This document shows, piece after piece, positions 9,958 to 20,650 of a stretch of 64,000 bases of DNA. The DNA is from an uncultured Pseudomonadota bacterium. GTDB taxonomy: Bacteria; Pseudomonadota; Alphaproteobacteria; JACZXZ01. A program made the position numbers and the translations under genes. How positions within the stretch are numbered: position 1 is the first letter of the stretch; each line of letters starts with the position of its first letter. Location of the stretch: NCBI GenBank assembly GCA_963749075.1, contig CAVVLJ010000021.1:160001-224000 (forward strand), given 5' to 3'. The notes below the pieces were generated by a model, which was not told the origin of the DNA, searched no databases, and saw nothing but the letters and a program-made list of their open reading frames with translations.

Positions 9958-10033
9958 CGCGTTGACGCGTCGTGAAGACGCAATCGGCAGACGGACTTTG
10001 CCGGCTGGCTTGGAAATGAAAGGCGACATCGGC

Positions 10034-12247
10034 ATGCATGGCGGACCTCAGGCGTATGCCGCTTTTTATCTGGCGGGGAAGCGACCGGCCGGCGATCCGG
10101 ACGCCATCGACGAGCTCGGCTTGCGTCCAGCGCTCTTCGCCGGATACCGGGATCTCACCAAGCTTCGCTACGACTTTCCGCTGGTGCTTGTGGGCGCCGG
10201 CGCAGGCGAAGCGTCGCTGCAATCCCTCTCGGGCCTCTTCGACAGAGCGCTTCACGAGATCGCCCAGGGCGCCGACGGCGAGCGGCTGAGGAGGCACGCC
10301 CTGCGGATGGAGCAGGAAATCCGCACGCTCGCGGCGCGGGGCGGCGGCCAATCGCTGTCGGCACTGTGGGACGCGGCCGCAAGCCGGCTCGCGACGAAGA
10401 AGGACGATCTCTTCCGCGACAGCCTGGCCCGCGTCCGCGCCGCCCTCAAGCCCGAGGGAGAGGTCGTCGATTGCGACCAGGCGATGCCGGTGCTGGTCTT
10501 GAGCCACGTCTGGCGGACGGTGCAGCAGAAGAAATCGCGGAGATTGCGCGAAGACGTGGACAGGCTCGCCCTCAAGCTTTCCGACATCCTCAAGGCCGAT
10601 TTCGTCCGCTCGGAGGAAGGCCGTAGCGCCAAGAGCCTCAAGGCCTCCATCGGGCCGGCGCAAGAGGGGGCCTTCGATTTCGACGCGATGTCGCGTCTGC
10701 TCGGCAAGGCGGCGCCCAAGGCCTCGCTCTCCGAGGCCCGCCGCCAACGCATCCGCTGGCTGCTCTCGGTGCTGCGCTCGCAGAGGCTCTTCTCGGTGTC
10801 CGGTGCGGCCGAGAAACCGGCCGACGCTGGAGCGCCTTACGCTTTTGTCTTCGAGAGCTGCACCAGCGCCGTCGACGCCTACCGCGAGCGGCTGCCCAAG
10901 ATGATCGAGCTCGCCAAGGCCATCGCAATGGCCGGGCTCGAGATCGAGGGAGAATACCGGGAGGCGAGGCACGATGCGTTCTTCGAGGAGTTCGGCAGCA
11001 ACGGCCTCGATCCGAGGGATGCCGCCTTGTTCCCGGACTATCTGGTTTGCCTCAACGTCGCCGACATGCCGCCGGTTGAGATGACCAGGCTCGTGGAAGT
11101 TCTCTCCGCAGGCTTGCCGATGAAGATCCTGGTCCAGACCGACGATATCCTCGAGCCATCGCCGATCGGCAACGGACGCCCCGCCCTCGGCTCGCGCGGC
11201 AAGCTCATCGCGGGCTCGATGATCGCATCGGGCGAGATCTACGTTTTGCAGTCGAGCGGCTCGAACTTGCTCCGCTGCCGGGACGGCATCTTCAACGGAC
11301 TGGCCTACGCGGGGCCCGCCCTCTTCAGCATCTTCTCCGGCGCCACCGGACATGCCGGCGACCTGCCGCCCTATCTGGTCGCCGCGGCGGCGATGGAGTC
11401 GCGCGCCTTTGCCGCCTTCGTTTACGACCCGTCGGCAGGGCCCGACTGGGCGTCGCGCTTCCGCCTCGAGGACAATCCCCAGGTAGCGCTCGACTGGCCG
11501 GTCCATAGCCTCGCCTTCGAGGACGAGGCGCACCAGCGGATTCCCGAGAGCCTGGCTTTTACGCTCGTCGATTTCCTCGCCTGCGATCGGCGCCTTGCCA
11601 AGGATTTTGCCAAGGTGCCGCGCGCCGAGTGGAACGGGCGCATGGTGCCGGTGACCGAGTGTCTGGCGCATGAGCCGGAGGGCGTACCCGAGAAGCTGCC
11701 CTCTCTCTGCATGGTCGATCGCGACAACGTGCTCCAGAAGGTGATCGTCGACAATGCGCTGGTCCGCGAGGCGCGCCGCTGCGCGGAAATGTGGCGCAGC
11801 CTTCAGGAGCTCGGCGGCATCCGTAACTCGCATGCCCTGAGGCTTCTCGCGCGCGAGCGCACGGCATGGCAAGAGCAGCTGCAGCGCGAAATCGAGGTGC
11901 GCGGAAGCGGAGCAGTGCCGGCGAAAGACGCGCCGGCTCCAGCGCCGGCCGCGGCGGCGGCGGCTCCCCAGCAGGCCGAAGCGGAGACGGAACGGCCGTC
12001 CGACGAGCCCTACATCGAGACGCCGCGCTGCAATAGTTGCAACGAGTGCACGCAGATCAACAACAAGATGTTCGGCTATAACAAGGACAAGCAGGCGCTC
12101 ATCGTGGATCCGGCGGCCGGAACCTATCGTCAGCTCGTGGAAGCCGCCGAGAGCTGCCAGGTGTCCATCATTCATCCCGGCAAGCCGCGCAATCCGAATG
12201 AGGCCGGGCTCGAGGAGTTGATGGCGCGGGCCGCAGCTTTCCTGTAA
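10034..12247 (+). CDS. Large uncharacterised protein with degenerate PFOR-like region and C-terminal single-cluster ferredoxin
   Basis: AAMESRAFAAFVYDPSAGPDWASRF.LEDNPQ resembles the PFOR C-terminal region; CNSCNEC...AAESC ferredoxin; ORF is open from 9950, start uncertain. Confidence 0.75.
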   Translation: MHGGPQAYAAFYLAGKRPAGDPDAIDELGLRPALFAGYRDLTKLRYDFPLVLVGAGAGEASLQSLSGLFDRALHEIAQGADGERLRRHALRMEQEIRTLAARGGGQSLSALWDAAASRLATKKDDLFRDSLARVRAALKPEGEVVDCDQAMPVLVLSHVWRTVQQKKSRRLREDVDRLALKLSDILKADFVRSEEGRSAKSLKASIGPAQEGAFDFDAMSRLLGKAAPKASLSEARRQRIRWLLSVLRSQRLFSVSGAAEKPADAGAPYAFVFESCTSAVDAYRERLPKMIELAKAIAMAGLEIEGEYREARHDAFFEEFGSNGLDPRDAALFPDYLVCLNVADMPPVEMTRLVEVLSAGLPMKILVQTDDILEPSPIGNGRPALGSRGKLIAGSMIASGEIYVLQSSGSNLLRCRDGIFNGLAYAGPALFSIFSGATGHAGDLPPYLVAAAAMESRAFAAFVYDPSAGPDWASRFRLEDNPQVALDWPVHSLAFEDEAHQRIPESLAFTLVDFLACDRRLAKDFAKVPRAEWNGRMVPVTECLAHEPEGVPEKLPSLCMVDRDNVLQKVIVDNALVREARRCAEMWRSLQELGGIRNSHALRLLARERTAWQEQLQREIEVRGSGAVPAKDAPAPAPAAAAAAPQQAEAETERPSDEPYIETPRCNSCNECTQINNKMFGYNKDKQALIVDPAAGTYRQLVEAAESCQVSIIHPGKPRNPNEAGLEELMARAAAFL

Positions 12248-12303
12248 TCGGCGAGAAATACCCTCTCCGTTGCACGCAATGCGTGTGGTCAAGGCGGACG
12301 AAG

Positions 12304-12600
12304 TTATCCGAGCGAGCCGAGGCGGAGCGTCCAAGGGATCAGCTGGGTAATCTCGAGGAGAGCCATGCGGGTCCATGGATTTTCGGAGAGGCGCGCCCTG
12401 ATCTCTTGCGCATCTTTCGCTCGAATGACCAGCAAGGCGTCTCGCGTGCCCTCGAGCGGCCCTCCTATGAGCACGAAGCCCTCGGCCTGAAGAGCGTTCA
12501 TGAACAGAGCATGAGCCTTCCACGCCTCCTGCTCTTCCATCGGCAGCGAGTCGTTCCAAGCACTACCCCGCGAGCGCGTGACGGCGAAAAGTCGTGCCAT
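12304..12600 (-). CDS. YciI-family protein
   Basis: WKAHALFMNALQAEGFVLIGGPL..LLVIRA..NPW. Confidence 0.75.
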   Translation of the reverse strand: MARLFAVTRSRGSAWNDSLPMEEQEAWKAHALFMNALQAEGFVLIGGPLEGTRDALLVIRAKDAQEIRARLSENPWTRMALLEITQLIPWTLRLGSLG

Positions 12601-12702
12601 GGATTGATCCTCCGAGCCGCGGTGCGGCCGCCGGCTATCTTGTTGCCTGCGCAGCCGTCGGCGCAACTGCTCTGCCATCTGCCGGCGCGGCCAGCCGCAC
12701 CC

Positions 12703-12718
12703 CGTTTCACGTGAAACA
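12703..12718. promoter_or_regulatory. parS centromere site
   Basis: CGTTTCACGTGAAACA, matching the parS consensus; upstream of mnmG-rsmG-parAB. Confidence 0.92.
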
Positions 12719-12732
12719 TCCCGCGCGCCGCT

Positions 12733-12761
12733 TTGACTTGCCGCCGCTCCGCCCGTAAATT
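12733..12761 (+). promoter_or_regulatory. sigma70-like promoter of mnmG (probably leaderless)
   Basis: TTGACT-17-TAAATT, with ATG 7 nt after the -10. Confidence 0.6.
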
Positions 12762-12768
12762 CCGCGCC

Positions 12769-14658
12769 ATGGCGGAGAGCGGGCGGCGTTACGACGTCAT
12801 CGTGGTGGGCGGCGGGCATGCGGGCTGCGAGGCGGCGGCGGCGGCGGCGCGCTTTGGCGCGCGCACGCTCCTCCTGAGCCATAGGCTCGACACCATCGGG
12901 GAGATGTCCTGCAACCCGGCCATCGGCGGGCTCGCCAAGGGCCAGCTCGTGCGCGAGGTCGACGCCCTCGACGGGGCGATGGCGCGCTCGATCGACCGCG
13001 CCGGCATCCAGTTCCGCATGCTCAACCGCAGCAAGGGCCCGGCGGTGCGCGGGCCCCGCGCCCAGGCCAACCGCAAGCTCTACAAGGCGGCCATGCAGGC
13101 GATCCTCGCCGAGGTGGCGGGTCTCGAGTTGCGCGCGGCCGCGGTCGAGGACCTGCTGCTCGAAGGCGAGGGGCGGGTGGCGGGCGTCGTCACCGCGGAA
13201 GGGGAGGCCATCCGCGCCGGCGCCGTGGTGCTCACCACCGGCACCTTCCTCCGCGGCCTCATCCATATCGGCGAGGAGCAGCGCCCCGCAGGCCGCGTTG
13301 GCGAGGCGCCCTCCCTCGGCCTCTCGGCGACCCTCGAGCGCTGCGGCTTTGCGCTCGGCCGGCTCAAGACCGGCACGCCGCCGCGCCTCGACGGCCGCAC
13401 CATCGACTGGGCCGGCCTCGAGGTGCAGCACGGCGACGAGCCGCCGCAGCCCTTCTCCTTCCTAACCGACCGCATCGCGGTACCCCAGACCGTCTGCCAC
13501 ATCACCTATACGACCCCCGCGGCCCATGCGCTCATCCGCGCCAACCTCCACCGCGCGCCGATGTATTCGGGCCAGATCGCCAGCACCGGCCCGCGCTATT
13601 GCCCCTCGATCGAGGACAAGGTTGTGCGCTTCGCCGGCAAGGAGCGCCACCAGATCTTCCTCGAGCCGGAGGGGCTGGACGACCCGACCGTCTACCCCAA
13701 CGGCATCTCGACCTCGCTGCCGCGCGAGGTGCAGGAGGCCCTGCTCGCGGCCATTCCCGGGCTCGAGCGCGCGCGCATGCTGCGGCCGGGCTATGCCATC
13801 GAGTACGACTTCGTCGATCCGCGCGAGCTTTGGCCGAGCCTCGAGACGCGGCGCGTAGCCGGGCTCTATTTCGCGGGCCAGATCAACGGCACCACGGGCT
13901 ATGAGGAGGCGGCGGCCCAGGGCCTCTTGGCCGGCCTCAATGCCGCGCGCGCCGCGGGCGGGCTCGAGCCGCTCGTCCTCGGCCGCGCCGATGCCTATAT
14001 CGGCGTGCTCATCGACGATCTGGTGACACTCGGCACCACCGAGCCCTACCGCATGTTCACCTCGCGGGCCGAGTACCGGCTCACCCTGCGCGCCGACAAT
14101 GCCGATCTGCGCTTGACGCCGCAGGGGATCGCCGCCGGCTGCGTCTCGGCGGCGCGCGCGGCGGCCTTTGCCGCCAAGTGCGCGGCGCTCGAGGCCGGGC
14201 GCGCGCTCGTGCGCCGGCTCGGCGATACGCCGAGCGCCCTGCGGCGCCGCGGCCTCGCCGTCAATCTCGACGGCGCCCGGCGCAGCGCCGCCGATCTCTT
14301 GCGCGACCCCAACCTCGGCTTCCCGGAGCTCGCCGTCATCTGGCCCGAGCTCGCGGCGCTCGGGCCCGAGGTCCGCGAGCAGATCGAGATCGACGCGCGC
14401 TACGCGGGCTATCTCGAGCGCCAGGAGGCCAACATCCGCGCCTTCCGGCGGGACGAGCAGCTCGATCTGCCGGCGGACCTCGACTACACAAGGATTGGTG
14501 GGCTCTCTGCCGAAGCCTACCAGAAGTTGAGCGCCGTGCGGCCCCGTACCCTGGGCCAGGCCGCCCGCATCCCGGGCATCACGCCGGCCGCCCTGACGGC
14601 TCTCTTGCGCCACGTGCGCCGCGGCGTTGCGGCCGAGCCGGCGCTCCGTTCGGCGTGA
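12769..14658 (+). CDS. mnmG: tRNA uridine 5-carboxymethylaminomethyl modification enzyme MnmG (GidA)
   Basis: [70 protein letters not shown]. Confidence 0.98.
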   Translation: MAESGRRYDVIVVGGGHAGCEAAAAAARFGARTLLLSHRLDTIGEMSCNPAIGGLAKGQLVREVDALDGAMARSIDRAGIQFRMLNRSKGPAVRGPRAQANRKLYKAAMQAILAEVAGLELRAAAVEDLLLEGEGRVAGVVTAEGEAIRAGAVVLTTGTFLRGLIHIGEEQRPAGRVGEAPSLGLSATLERCGFALGRLKTGTPPRLDGRTIDWAGLEVQHGDEPPQPFSFLTDRIAVPQTVCHITYTTPAAHALIRANLHRAPMYSGQIASTGPRYCPSIEDKVVRFAGKERHQIFLEPEGLDDPTVYPNGISTSLPREVQEALLAAIPGLERARMLRPGYAIEYDFVDPRELWPSLETRRVAGLYFAGQINGTTGYEEAAAQGLLAGLNAARAAGGLEPLVLGRADAYIGVLIDDLVTLGTTEPYRMFTSRAEYRLTLRADNADLRLTPQGIAAGCVSAARAAAFAAKCAALEAGRALVRRLGDTPSALRRRGLAVNLDGARRSAADLLRDPNLGFPELAVIWPELAALGPEVREQIEIDARYAGYLERQEANIRAFRRDEQLDLPADLDYTRIGGLSAEAYQKLSAVRPRTLGQAARIPGITPAALTALLRHVRRGVAAEPALRSA

Positions 14659-15290
14659 CTGCCGCACGGCCGCTCTCGCCCGAGGAATTCGCGGCGGCCC
14701 TCAATGTTTCACGTGAAACATTGGCGCGTTTCGAGCGCTACGCGGCGCTCTTGCTGCGCTGGCAGAAGGCGATCAACCTCGTTGCGGCGGGCACGTTGCC
14801 GGACCTGTGGCGCCGGCACATGCTCGATTCCGCCCAGCTCCTGCGCTACATCCCGCAGCTCCCCTGCCGCCTTGCCGACCTCGGCAGCGGCGCCGGCTTT
14901 CCCGGCCTGGTGCTGGCACTCCTCGGCGCCGGCGAGGTCGAGCTCGTCGAGGCGGACGCGCGCAAGTGCGCCTTCCTCCGCGAGGCCATCCGGGTGACCG
15001 GTGCCGCCGCGAGCGTGCGGCAATGCCGCATCGCGGAGCTCGCTCCCGCCGCCTATCAGGTGGTGACGGCGCGCGCACTGGCGCCGCTCGAGGAGCTCCT
15101 CGGCTATGCGGCAGCGCTCCTCGCCCCCGGCGGCGCCGCCCTCCTGCTCAAGGGCCGCCGGGTCGAGGAAGAATTGACCGCGGCGCGCAAAGCGTGGAAG
15201 ATGCAGCTCGAGCGTTTTCCAAGCGAAGCCGAACCGGGCGGGCGGGTACTTCGCGTGAAGGAGATTACCCGTGTTCCATCAGATAGATAG
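14655..15290 (+). CDS. rsmG: 16S rRNA m7G527 methyltransferase RsmG (GidB)
   Basis: GTG overlapping the mnmG stop; [42 protein letters not shown]. Confidence 0.95.
   Translation: MTAARPLSPEEFAAALNVSRETLARFERYAALLLRWQKAINLVAAGTLPDLWRRHMLDSAQLLRYIPQLPCRLADLGSGAGFPGLVLALLGAGEVELVEADARKCAFLREAIRVTGAAASVRQCRIAELAPAAYQVVTARALAPLEELLGYAAALLAPGGAALLLKGRRVEEELTAARKAWKMQLERFPSEAEPGGRVLRVKEITRVPSDR
14705..14720. promoter_or_regulatory. parS site within rsmG
   Basis: Perfect TGTTTCACGTGAAACA (palindrome extends 14702-14723), encoding VSRET. Confidence 0.95.
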
Positions 15291-16116
15291 CCCGGACGAC
15301 CGCGACGCTCCCCGGCACCCGCGTATCATTGCGGTGGCGAATCAGAAGGGCGGAGTCGGCAAGACCACGACGGCGATCAACCTCGGCACCGCCCTCGCGG
15401 CCGTGGGGCAGCGCGTCCTCCTCATCGATTTCGATCCCCAGGGCAATGCCTCGACCGGCCTCGGCATCGATCGCGAGCGCCGCCGCTTCAGCTCCTACGA
15501 GATGCTCGTCGACCGCCTGCCGGTCGCCCAGGCCGTCGTCGCGACGGGCATCCCCGGCCTCTCGCTGATCCCGGCGTCGCTCGAGCTCACCGGCGCCGAG
15601 CTCGAGCTCGTTGCCACCCCGCGCCGCGAGTACCAGCTCCGCGACGCTTTGGCCACCATGCCCGTCGCCTTCGACTATATCCTCATCGATTGCCCGCCGG
15701 CGCTCGGCCTCCTCACTCTCAACGCTCTTGTCGCGGCCGACGCGGTGCTGGTGCCGCTGCAGGTCGAGTTCTATGCGTTGGAAGGGCTCAGCCATCTCAT
15801 CGGTACGATCGAACGCGTCAAACGTACGCTCAATCCTAAGCTTGCTATACAAGGGATAGTATTGACTATGTACGATAAACGCAATGGATTGAGCGAACTC
15901 ATCGCTAGAGACGTACGCGAACACCTCGCCGACAAGGTCTATCAGACCGTCATACCACGCAACGTACGTGTCTCGGAGGCGCCTTCGCACGGCAAGCCGG
16001 TGCTGCTCTACGACCTGCGCTGCGCCGGCGCCCAGGCCTACTTGCAACTGGCGAGCGAGGTGCTGCGTCAGGAAGGGCTGGCCTCCGACGCCGCAGCGGA
16101 TGGGGTGCCGGCGTGA
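15271..16116 (+). CDS. parA: Chromosome partitioning ATPase ParA
   Basis: ANQKGGVGKTT, IDFDPQGNAS, IDCPPALGLLT, IPRNVRVSEAPSHG. Confidence 0.96.
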   Translation: MFHQIDSPDDRDAPRHPRIIAVANQKGGVGKTTTAINLGTALAAVGQRVLLIDFDPQGNASTGLGIDRERRRFSSYEMLVDRLPVAQAVVATGIPGLSLIPASLELTGAELELVATPRREYQLRDALATMPVAFDYILIDCPPALGLLTLNALVAADAVLVPLQVEFYALEGLSHLIGTIERVKRTLNPKLAIQGIVLTMYDKRNGLSELIARDVREHLADKVYQTVIPRNVRVSEAPSHGKPVLLYDLRCAGAQAYLQLASEVLRQEGLASDAAADGVPA

Positions 16117-16985
16117 CGGCCCAGGACACCAAGCGGCGCGGCCTCGGCCGCGGCCTCTCGGCGCTGCTCGGGGCCGAGCGCGAGGACGCTCGCGCAGCGG
16201 AGGGCGGGCGAGCGCTCCACAGCCTGCCGACGAGCGCGCTCCGGCCCGGGCGCTTCCAGCCGCGCCGCAGCTTCGATGCCGAGGAGATGGCCTCGCTCGT
16301 GCGCTCGATCGAAGCCCAGGGCATCCTGCAGCCCATCCTGGTGCGCCGCGCACCGGACGAGCCGGGCATCTACGAGATCATTGCCGGCGAGCGGCGCTGG
16401 CGCGCGGCGCAGCAGATCCCGCTCCACGAGGTGCCGGTCAGCGTCCGCGAGCTCAGCGACGGCGAGGCGCTCGAGATCGCCCTCGTCGAGAACATCCAGC
16501 GCCAGGACCTGAGCCCGCTCGAGGAGGCCGAGGGCTATCGCCGGCTCATGGAGGAATTCGCCCACAGCCAGGACGGCCTCGCCAAGGTGGTGGGCAAGAG
16601 CCGCAGCCACGTTGCCAACACGCTGCGCCTCCTGGCACTTCCGCCGCCGGTCAAGGAGCTCCTTGCCAAGGGCGCGCTGAGCGCAGGCCATGCCCGCGCC
16701 CTTCTCAACGCAAGCGATGCTGTGGCCCTCGCCGAGACGGTCGTCGCGCGCGGCCTGAACGTGCGGCAGACCGAGCGTCTGGCGCAGAAGACCGGGCGGC
16801 GCCGTGCCATGCTGCCGCGCGCCGGCAAGGACGCGGACACGCTGGCCCTCGAGCGCGATCTCGCCCTCAAGCTCGGCCTCGCGGTCACGATCAGGAGCAA
16901 GAAGCGGGGCGGCGAGCTGGTCTTACGCTACGCCACGCTCGAGCAGCTCGACGACCTCATCGCGCGCCTCGCGCGCGCGCTATAG
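16113..16985 (+). CDS. parB: Chromosome partitioning protein ParB
   Basis: [55 protein letters not shown]. Confidence 0.97.
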   Translation: MTAQDTKRRGLGRGLSALLGAEREDARAAEGGRALHSLPTSALRPGRFQPRRSFDAEEMASLVRSIEAQGILQPILVRRAPDEPGIYEIIAGERRWRAAQQIPLHEVPVSVRELSDGEALEIALVENIQRQDLSPLEEAEGYRRLMEEFAHSQDGLAKVVGKSRSHVANTLRLLALPPPVKELLAKGALSAGHARALLNASDAVALAETVVARGLNVRQTERLAQKTGRRRAMLPRAGKDADTLALERDLALKLGLAVTIRSKKRGGELVLRYATLEQLDDLIARLARAL

Positions 16986-16992
16986 ACGCCCC

Positions 16993-18030
16993 TCAGCGCG
17001 CGCGCCGCTGGCGCGCGGCCCAGCCCGCGAGCTCGAGGAGGGCGCGCGCGGCCACGGCCTCGTCCGGCATGCCGGTCGACTTGCAGGCGATCTCCGCGGC
17101 GGTGAGCCGCTGAAGGGCATCCGCCACGCGGGCCGCGGGCCACATCCTGAGCTGGCTAATGAAACGGCCGCGCACCTTCCAGAAGAGCCTGGGCTTGAGG
17201 CCATCGGCCGCGCGCTCGGCCGTCTCGCCGCCCTCGACGCGGCCGGCCGCGAGATGCAGGCGCTGGAAATAGCGCTCGGCCGCGCGCAGCGCCCCTACCG
17301 GCGTCTCGCCCTCGGCGAAGGCGCGCGCGAGCGCTTGGCCGACGGCACGGCCGTCGCCCTCCGCCGCCGCCAGCACCGCGTCGTCGAGCGAATGCCCGGC
17401 GCTGTCGCCGATCGAGGCCTCGACGTCCTCGAGGCGCACCTCGCCGCCGCCTTCGCCCATGTAGAGCACGAGCTTCTCGAGCTCGCTGCGCGTCACCAGC
17501 CGGTCGCCGCCGAGGTGGCCGAGGAGATAATCGAGCGCCTCGGGCGTGACACTGAGGCGCCCCTGGCGCAAGGCCTCGCGCACGAGGGTGGCCAAGCTGT
17601 CCTCATTGTCGGCGTAGCAGGCGACCGCCGCGGCGTTCGCCGTCTCCTCGCAAAGGAGGCGCAGCTTCGAGCGCGCGGCAAGCTCGCCCGCCTCGACGAC
17701 GACGAGCGCATCGCCGGCGCCCGAGGCAAGAAAGGTCTCGAGCGGGGCCGCCGCGGCGTCGCCCGCGTCGCGCAGGCGGACCACGCGGCGGCCGCCCGTG
17801 AGGGCGATCTGCGCCGCCTCGTCGAGAAGGCGCGCCGGATCGTCGCGCAAGGCGGCGGGCAGGAGCTCGACGACGCGGAAGGGATCGCCGAGATCCGCGA
17901 CGACGGTACGGCAGAGCCGGTCCGCACGCTCGCGCACGAGGCCGGCGTCCGGACCGTAGAGCAGCACCGCGCGCACCGCGGGATCGGGCTTGGCCACGAA
18001 GGCGTCGCTGCGCGGATTCGCGATCTTCAT
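16993..18030 (-). CDS. holA: DNA polymerase III delta subunit
   Basis: AVLLYGPDAGLVRER, ELEKLVLY, AEIACKSTG; ATG overlaps the leuS stop (TGATG). Confidence 0.9.
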   Translation of the reverse strand: MKIANPRSDAFVAKPDPAVRAVLLYGPDAGLVRERADRLCRTVVADLGDPFRVVELLPAALRDDPARLLDEAAQIALTGGRRVVRLRDAGDAAAAPLETFLASGAGDALVVVEAGELAARSKLRLLCEETANAAAVACYADNEDSLATLVREALRQGRLSVTPEALDYLLGHLGGDRLVTRSELEKLVLYMGEGGGEVRLEDVEASIGDSAGHSLDDAVLAAAEGDGRAVGQALARAFAEGETPVGALRAAERYFQRLHLAAGRVEGGETAERAADGLKPRLFWKVRGRFISQLRMWPAARVADALQRLTAAEIACKSTGMPDEAVAARALLELAGWAARQRRAR

Positions 18031-20615
18031 CAGACCACGACGTTGATGACGCGGTTGGGCACCAGGATGACGCGGCGCAGCGCCCGTCCCTCGAGCGCCT
18101 TGGCCACGGCGGGGAGCGCCAGTGCTGCCTCCTCGGCGGCCGCCCCGGCCGCGTCGCGCGGCAGCTCGAGGGTGCCGCGCAGCTTGCCGTTCACCTGCAC
18201 TGCTATGGTCACCAGATCGTCGACGAGGAGCCGCGCCTCGGCCTCCGGCCACGGCTCGTCGACGAGAAGCGTGACATGGCCAAGCGCCTGCCAGAGCTCC
18301 TCCGCCAGATGCGGCATCATGGGGGCGATGAGATGGGCGAGCGTCTCATAGCCCTCGCGCAGCGCCCAGGTCTCGCCGGCGCCGTCTCCTGCTAAATCGG
18401 CAAGCGTGTTGCTCAGCTCGTGCACGCGCGCCACGGCGCGGTTGAAGCGGAACTGCTCGAGGTCTTGCGTGACGCCGTCGATCGTCTTGTGGACGGCGCG
18501 CCGCGCCGCCGCGGCGGCGGCACTGAGGGCGGGCGGCAGCGGGCTCCCGGGCGGCGCCAGGCCTTGGGCGATCTGGCTCACGTTGCGCCACAGCCGGTTG
18601 ACGTAGCGCCAGGCGCCCTCGACGCCTTGCGCCGTCCATTCCATGTCGCGCTCGGGGGGCGAGTCCGAGAGCATGAACCAGCGCGCCGTGTCGGCGCCGT
18701 AGGTCTCGATGATCTCGTTGGGATCCACGGTGTTCTTGCGCGACTTGCTCATCTTCTCCGAGCGCCCGACGCCGGCCGGCTTGCCGCTCGCGCTCTCGAT
18801 CACGGCGCCGCTCGCATCGCGCTCGACCTCGGACGGCGCCAGCCAGCGCCCGTCCTCGCTGCGGTAGGTCTCGTGACAGACCATGCCCTGGGTGAAGAGG
18901 CCGGTGAAGGGCTCGTCGATGCCGACATAACCCGCGCCACGCATGGCGCGCATGTAGAAGCGCGAGTAGAGGAGGTGAAGGATGGCGTGCTCCACCCCGC
19001 CGATGTACTGGTCGACCGGCAGCCAATAGTCGACCGCGGCGCGGGCCACCGGCTCATCCGCCGCGGGCGAGCAGAAGCGCGCGAAATACCACGAGGACTC
19101 GACGAAGGTGTCGAAGGTGTCGGTCTCGCGCACGGCGGCACCGCCGCAGCGCGGGCACTTTACGTGCTTCCACGTCGGGTGATGGTCGAGCGGATTGCCC
19201 GGCTTGTCGAAGCGCGCATCTTCGGGCAGCGTCACCGGGAGGTCGTTCACGGGCACCGGCACCATGCCGCAGGCGGCGCAGTGGATGACCGGCACCGGGC
19301 AGCCCCAATAGCGCTGGCGCGAGATGCCCCAGTCGCGCAGGCGGAAGTTGACCTCGCCGCGGCCGCGGCCGAGCGCCTCGAGACGCGCGATGACCCGCTC
19401 CTTCGCCGCCTCTACGGAAAGCCCGTCGAGGAAATCCGAGTTGATGATCGTGCCCTCGCCCACGTAGGCCTCGGCCGCCACTGCGAAGGTCTTGGCGTCC
19501 TCGCCCGGCGGCAGCACGACTGGCACCACGCGGAGGCCGTATTTGCGCGCGAAATCGAGGTCGCGCTGGTCGTGCGCCGGGCAGCCGAAGATGGCGCCGG
19601 TGCCGTACTCGATGAGCACGAAGTTGGCGATATAGAGCGGCAGCTCCCAGCCCTCCACGAGCGGGTGGAGCGCCTTGAGCGTCGTGAGATAGCCCTTCTT
19701 CTCGGCCGTCTCGATGCTCGCCTCGCTGGTGCCGAGGCGGCGGCACTCCTCGACGAAGGCGGCGGCGCGCGGGTCGGCAGCGGCGATGCGCTCGGCCAGC
19801 GGGTGGTCGGCCGAGATGGCGGCGAAGCTCGCACCGAAGAGCGTATCCGGCCGGGTGGTGTAGATCTCGAGCGTCTCGGGCTCCCCTTTAAGGGCGAAGG
19901 CCACGCGCGCGCCCGTCGAGCGGCCGATCCAGTTCTGCTGCATGAGCCGCACCTTGTCGGGCCAGCGCGGCAGGCGGCCGAGCTCGTCGAGGAGCGCCTC
20001 GGCAAAGGCGGTGATGCGGAAGCACCACTGGCCGAGCTTGCGCCGCTCGACGGGGGCACCCGAGCGCCAACCCCGCCCGTCGATCACCTGCTCGTTGGCC
20101 AGCACGGTCTGGTCGACCGGATCCCAATTGACCCAGGACTCCTTGCGGTAGGCGAGCCCCGCCGCGAGAAAGTCGAGGAACATGCGCTGCTCGTGCCGGT
20201 AGTAGGAGGGATCGCAGGTCGCCAGCTCCCGGCTCCAGTCGAGCGAGAGGCCCATGAGCTTGAGCTGAGCGCGCATCTGCGCGATGTTGGCGTAGGTCCA
20301 CTCGCGCGGGGGCACCTTGGCCTCGATCGCCGCGTTCTCCGCCGGCAGGCCGAAGGCGTCCCAGCCCATGGGATGCAGCACGTTGTAGCCGCGCGCGCGC
20401 TTGTAGCGGGCCACCACGTCGCCCATGGTGTAGTTGCGCACGTGGCCCATGTGGATGCGGCCGGAGGGGTAGGGGAACATCTCGAGAACATAGTATTTCG
20501 GCCGGCTCGCATCCTCGCGGCTCTCGAAGGAGCGGCGCTCGGCCCAGGCCGCCTGCCACTTGGCCTCGGTCTCCCGGTGGTTGTAGCGCGACGCAGCCTT
20601 GCCTTGGGCGCTCAC
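18030..20615 (-). CDS. leuS: Leucine--tRNA ligase
   Basis: [42 protein letters not shown]; GTG start at 20615 inferred. Confidence 0.98.
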   Translation of the reverse strand: MSAQGKAASRYNHRETEAKWQAAWAERRSFESREDASRPKYYVLEMFPYPSGRIHMGHVRNYTMGDVVARYKRARGYNVLHPMGWDAFGLPAENAAIEAKVPPREWTYANIAQMRAQLKLMGLSLDWSRELATCDPSYYRHEQRMFLDFLAAGLAYRKESWVNWDPVDQTVLANEQVIDGRGWRSGAPVERRKLGQWCFRITAFAEALLDELGRLPRWPDKVRLMQQNWIGRSTGARVAFALKGEPETLEIYTTRPDTLFGASFAAISADHPLAERIAAADPRAAAFVEECRRLGTSEASIETAEKKGYLTTLKALHPLVEGWELPLYIANFVLIEYGTGAIFGCPAHDQRDLDFARKYGLRVVPVVLPPGEDAKTFAVAAEAYVGEGTIINSDFLDGLSVEAAKERVIARLEALGRGRGEVNFRLRDWGISRQRYWGCPVPVIHCAACGMVPVPVNDLPVTLPEDARFDKPGNPLDHHPTWKHVKCPRCGGAAVRETDTFDTFVESSWYFARFCSPAADEPVARAAVDYWLPVDQYIGGVEHAILHLLYSRFYMRAMRGAGYVGIDEPFTGLFTQGMVCHETYRSEDGRWLAPSEVERDASGAVIESASGKPAGVGRSEKMSKSRKNTVDPNEIIETYGADTARWFMLSDSPPERDMEWTAQGVEGAWRYVNRLWRNVSQIAQGLAPPGSPLPPALSAAAAAARRAVHKTIDGVTQDLEQFRFNRAVARVHELSNTLADLAGDGAGETWALREGYETLAHLIAPMMPHLAEELWQALGHVTLLVDEPWPEAEARLLVDDLVTIAVQVNGKLRGTLELPRDAAGAAAEEAALALPAVAKALEGRALRRVILVPNRVINVVV

Positions 20616-20650
20616 CTGATCCCCCACGCCGCAATGAGGAGTGCTGCCGC

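Larger units (their letters stand above)
2059..12600. mobile_element. Inserted region between mnmE and mnmG (island remnant; no integrase seen). Low-GC part ~2059-4100
   Basis: mnmE and mnmG are normally adjacent. Abrupt GC drop at the mnmE 3' end, a pseudogene and accessory genes. The boundaries are inferred. Confidence 0.5.

Noticed and set aside
12531-12550. TTCCATCGGCAG as right-hand att copy of the mnmE 3' end
   Set aside because: Short, weak match lying within the intact YciI coding sequence
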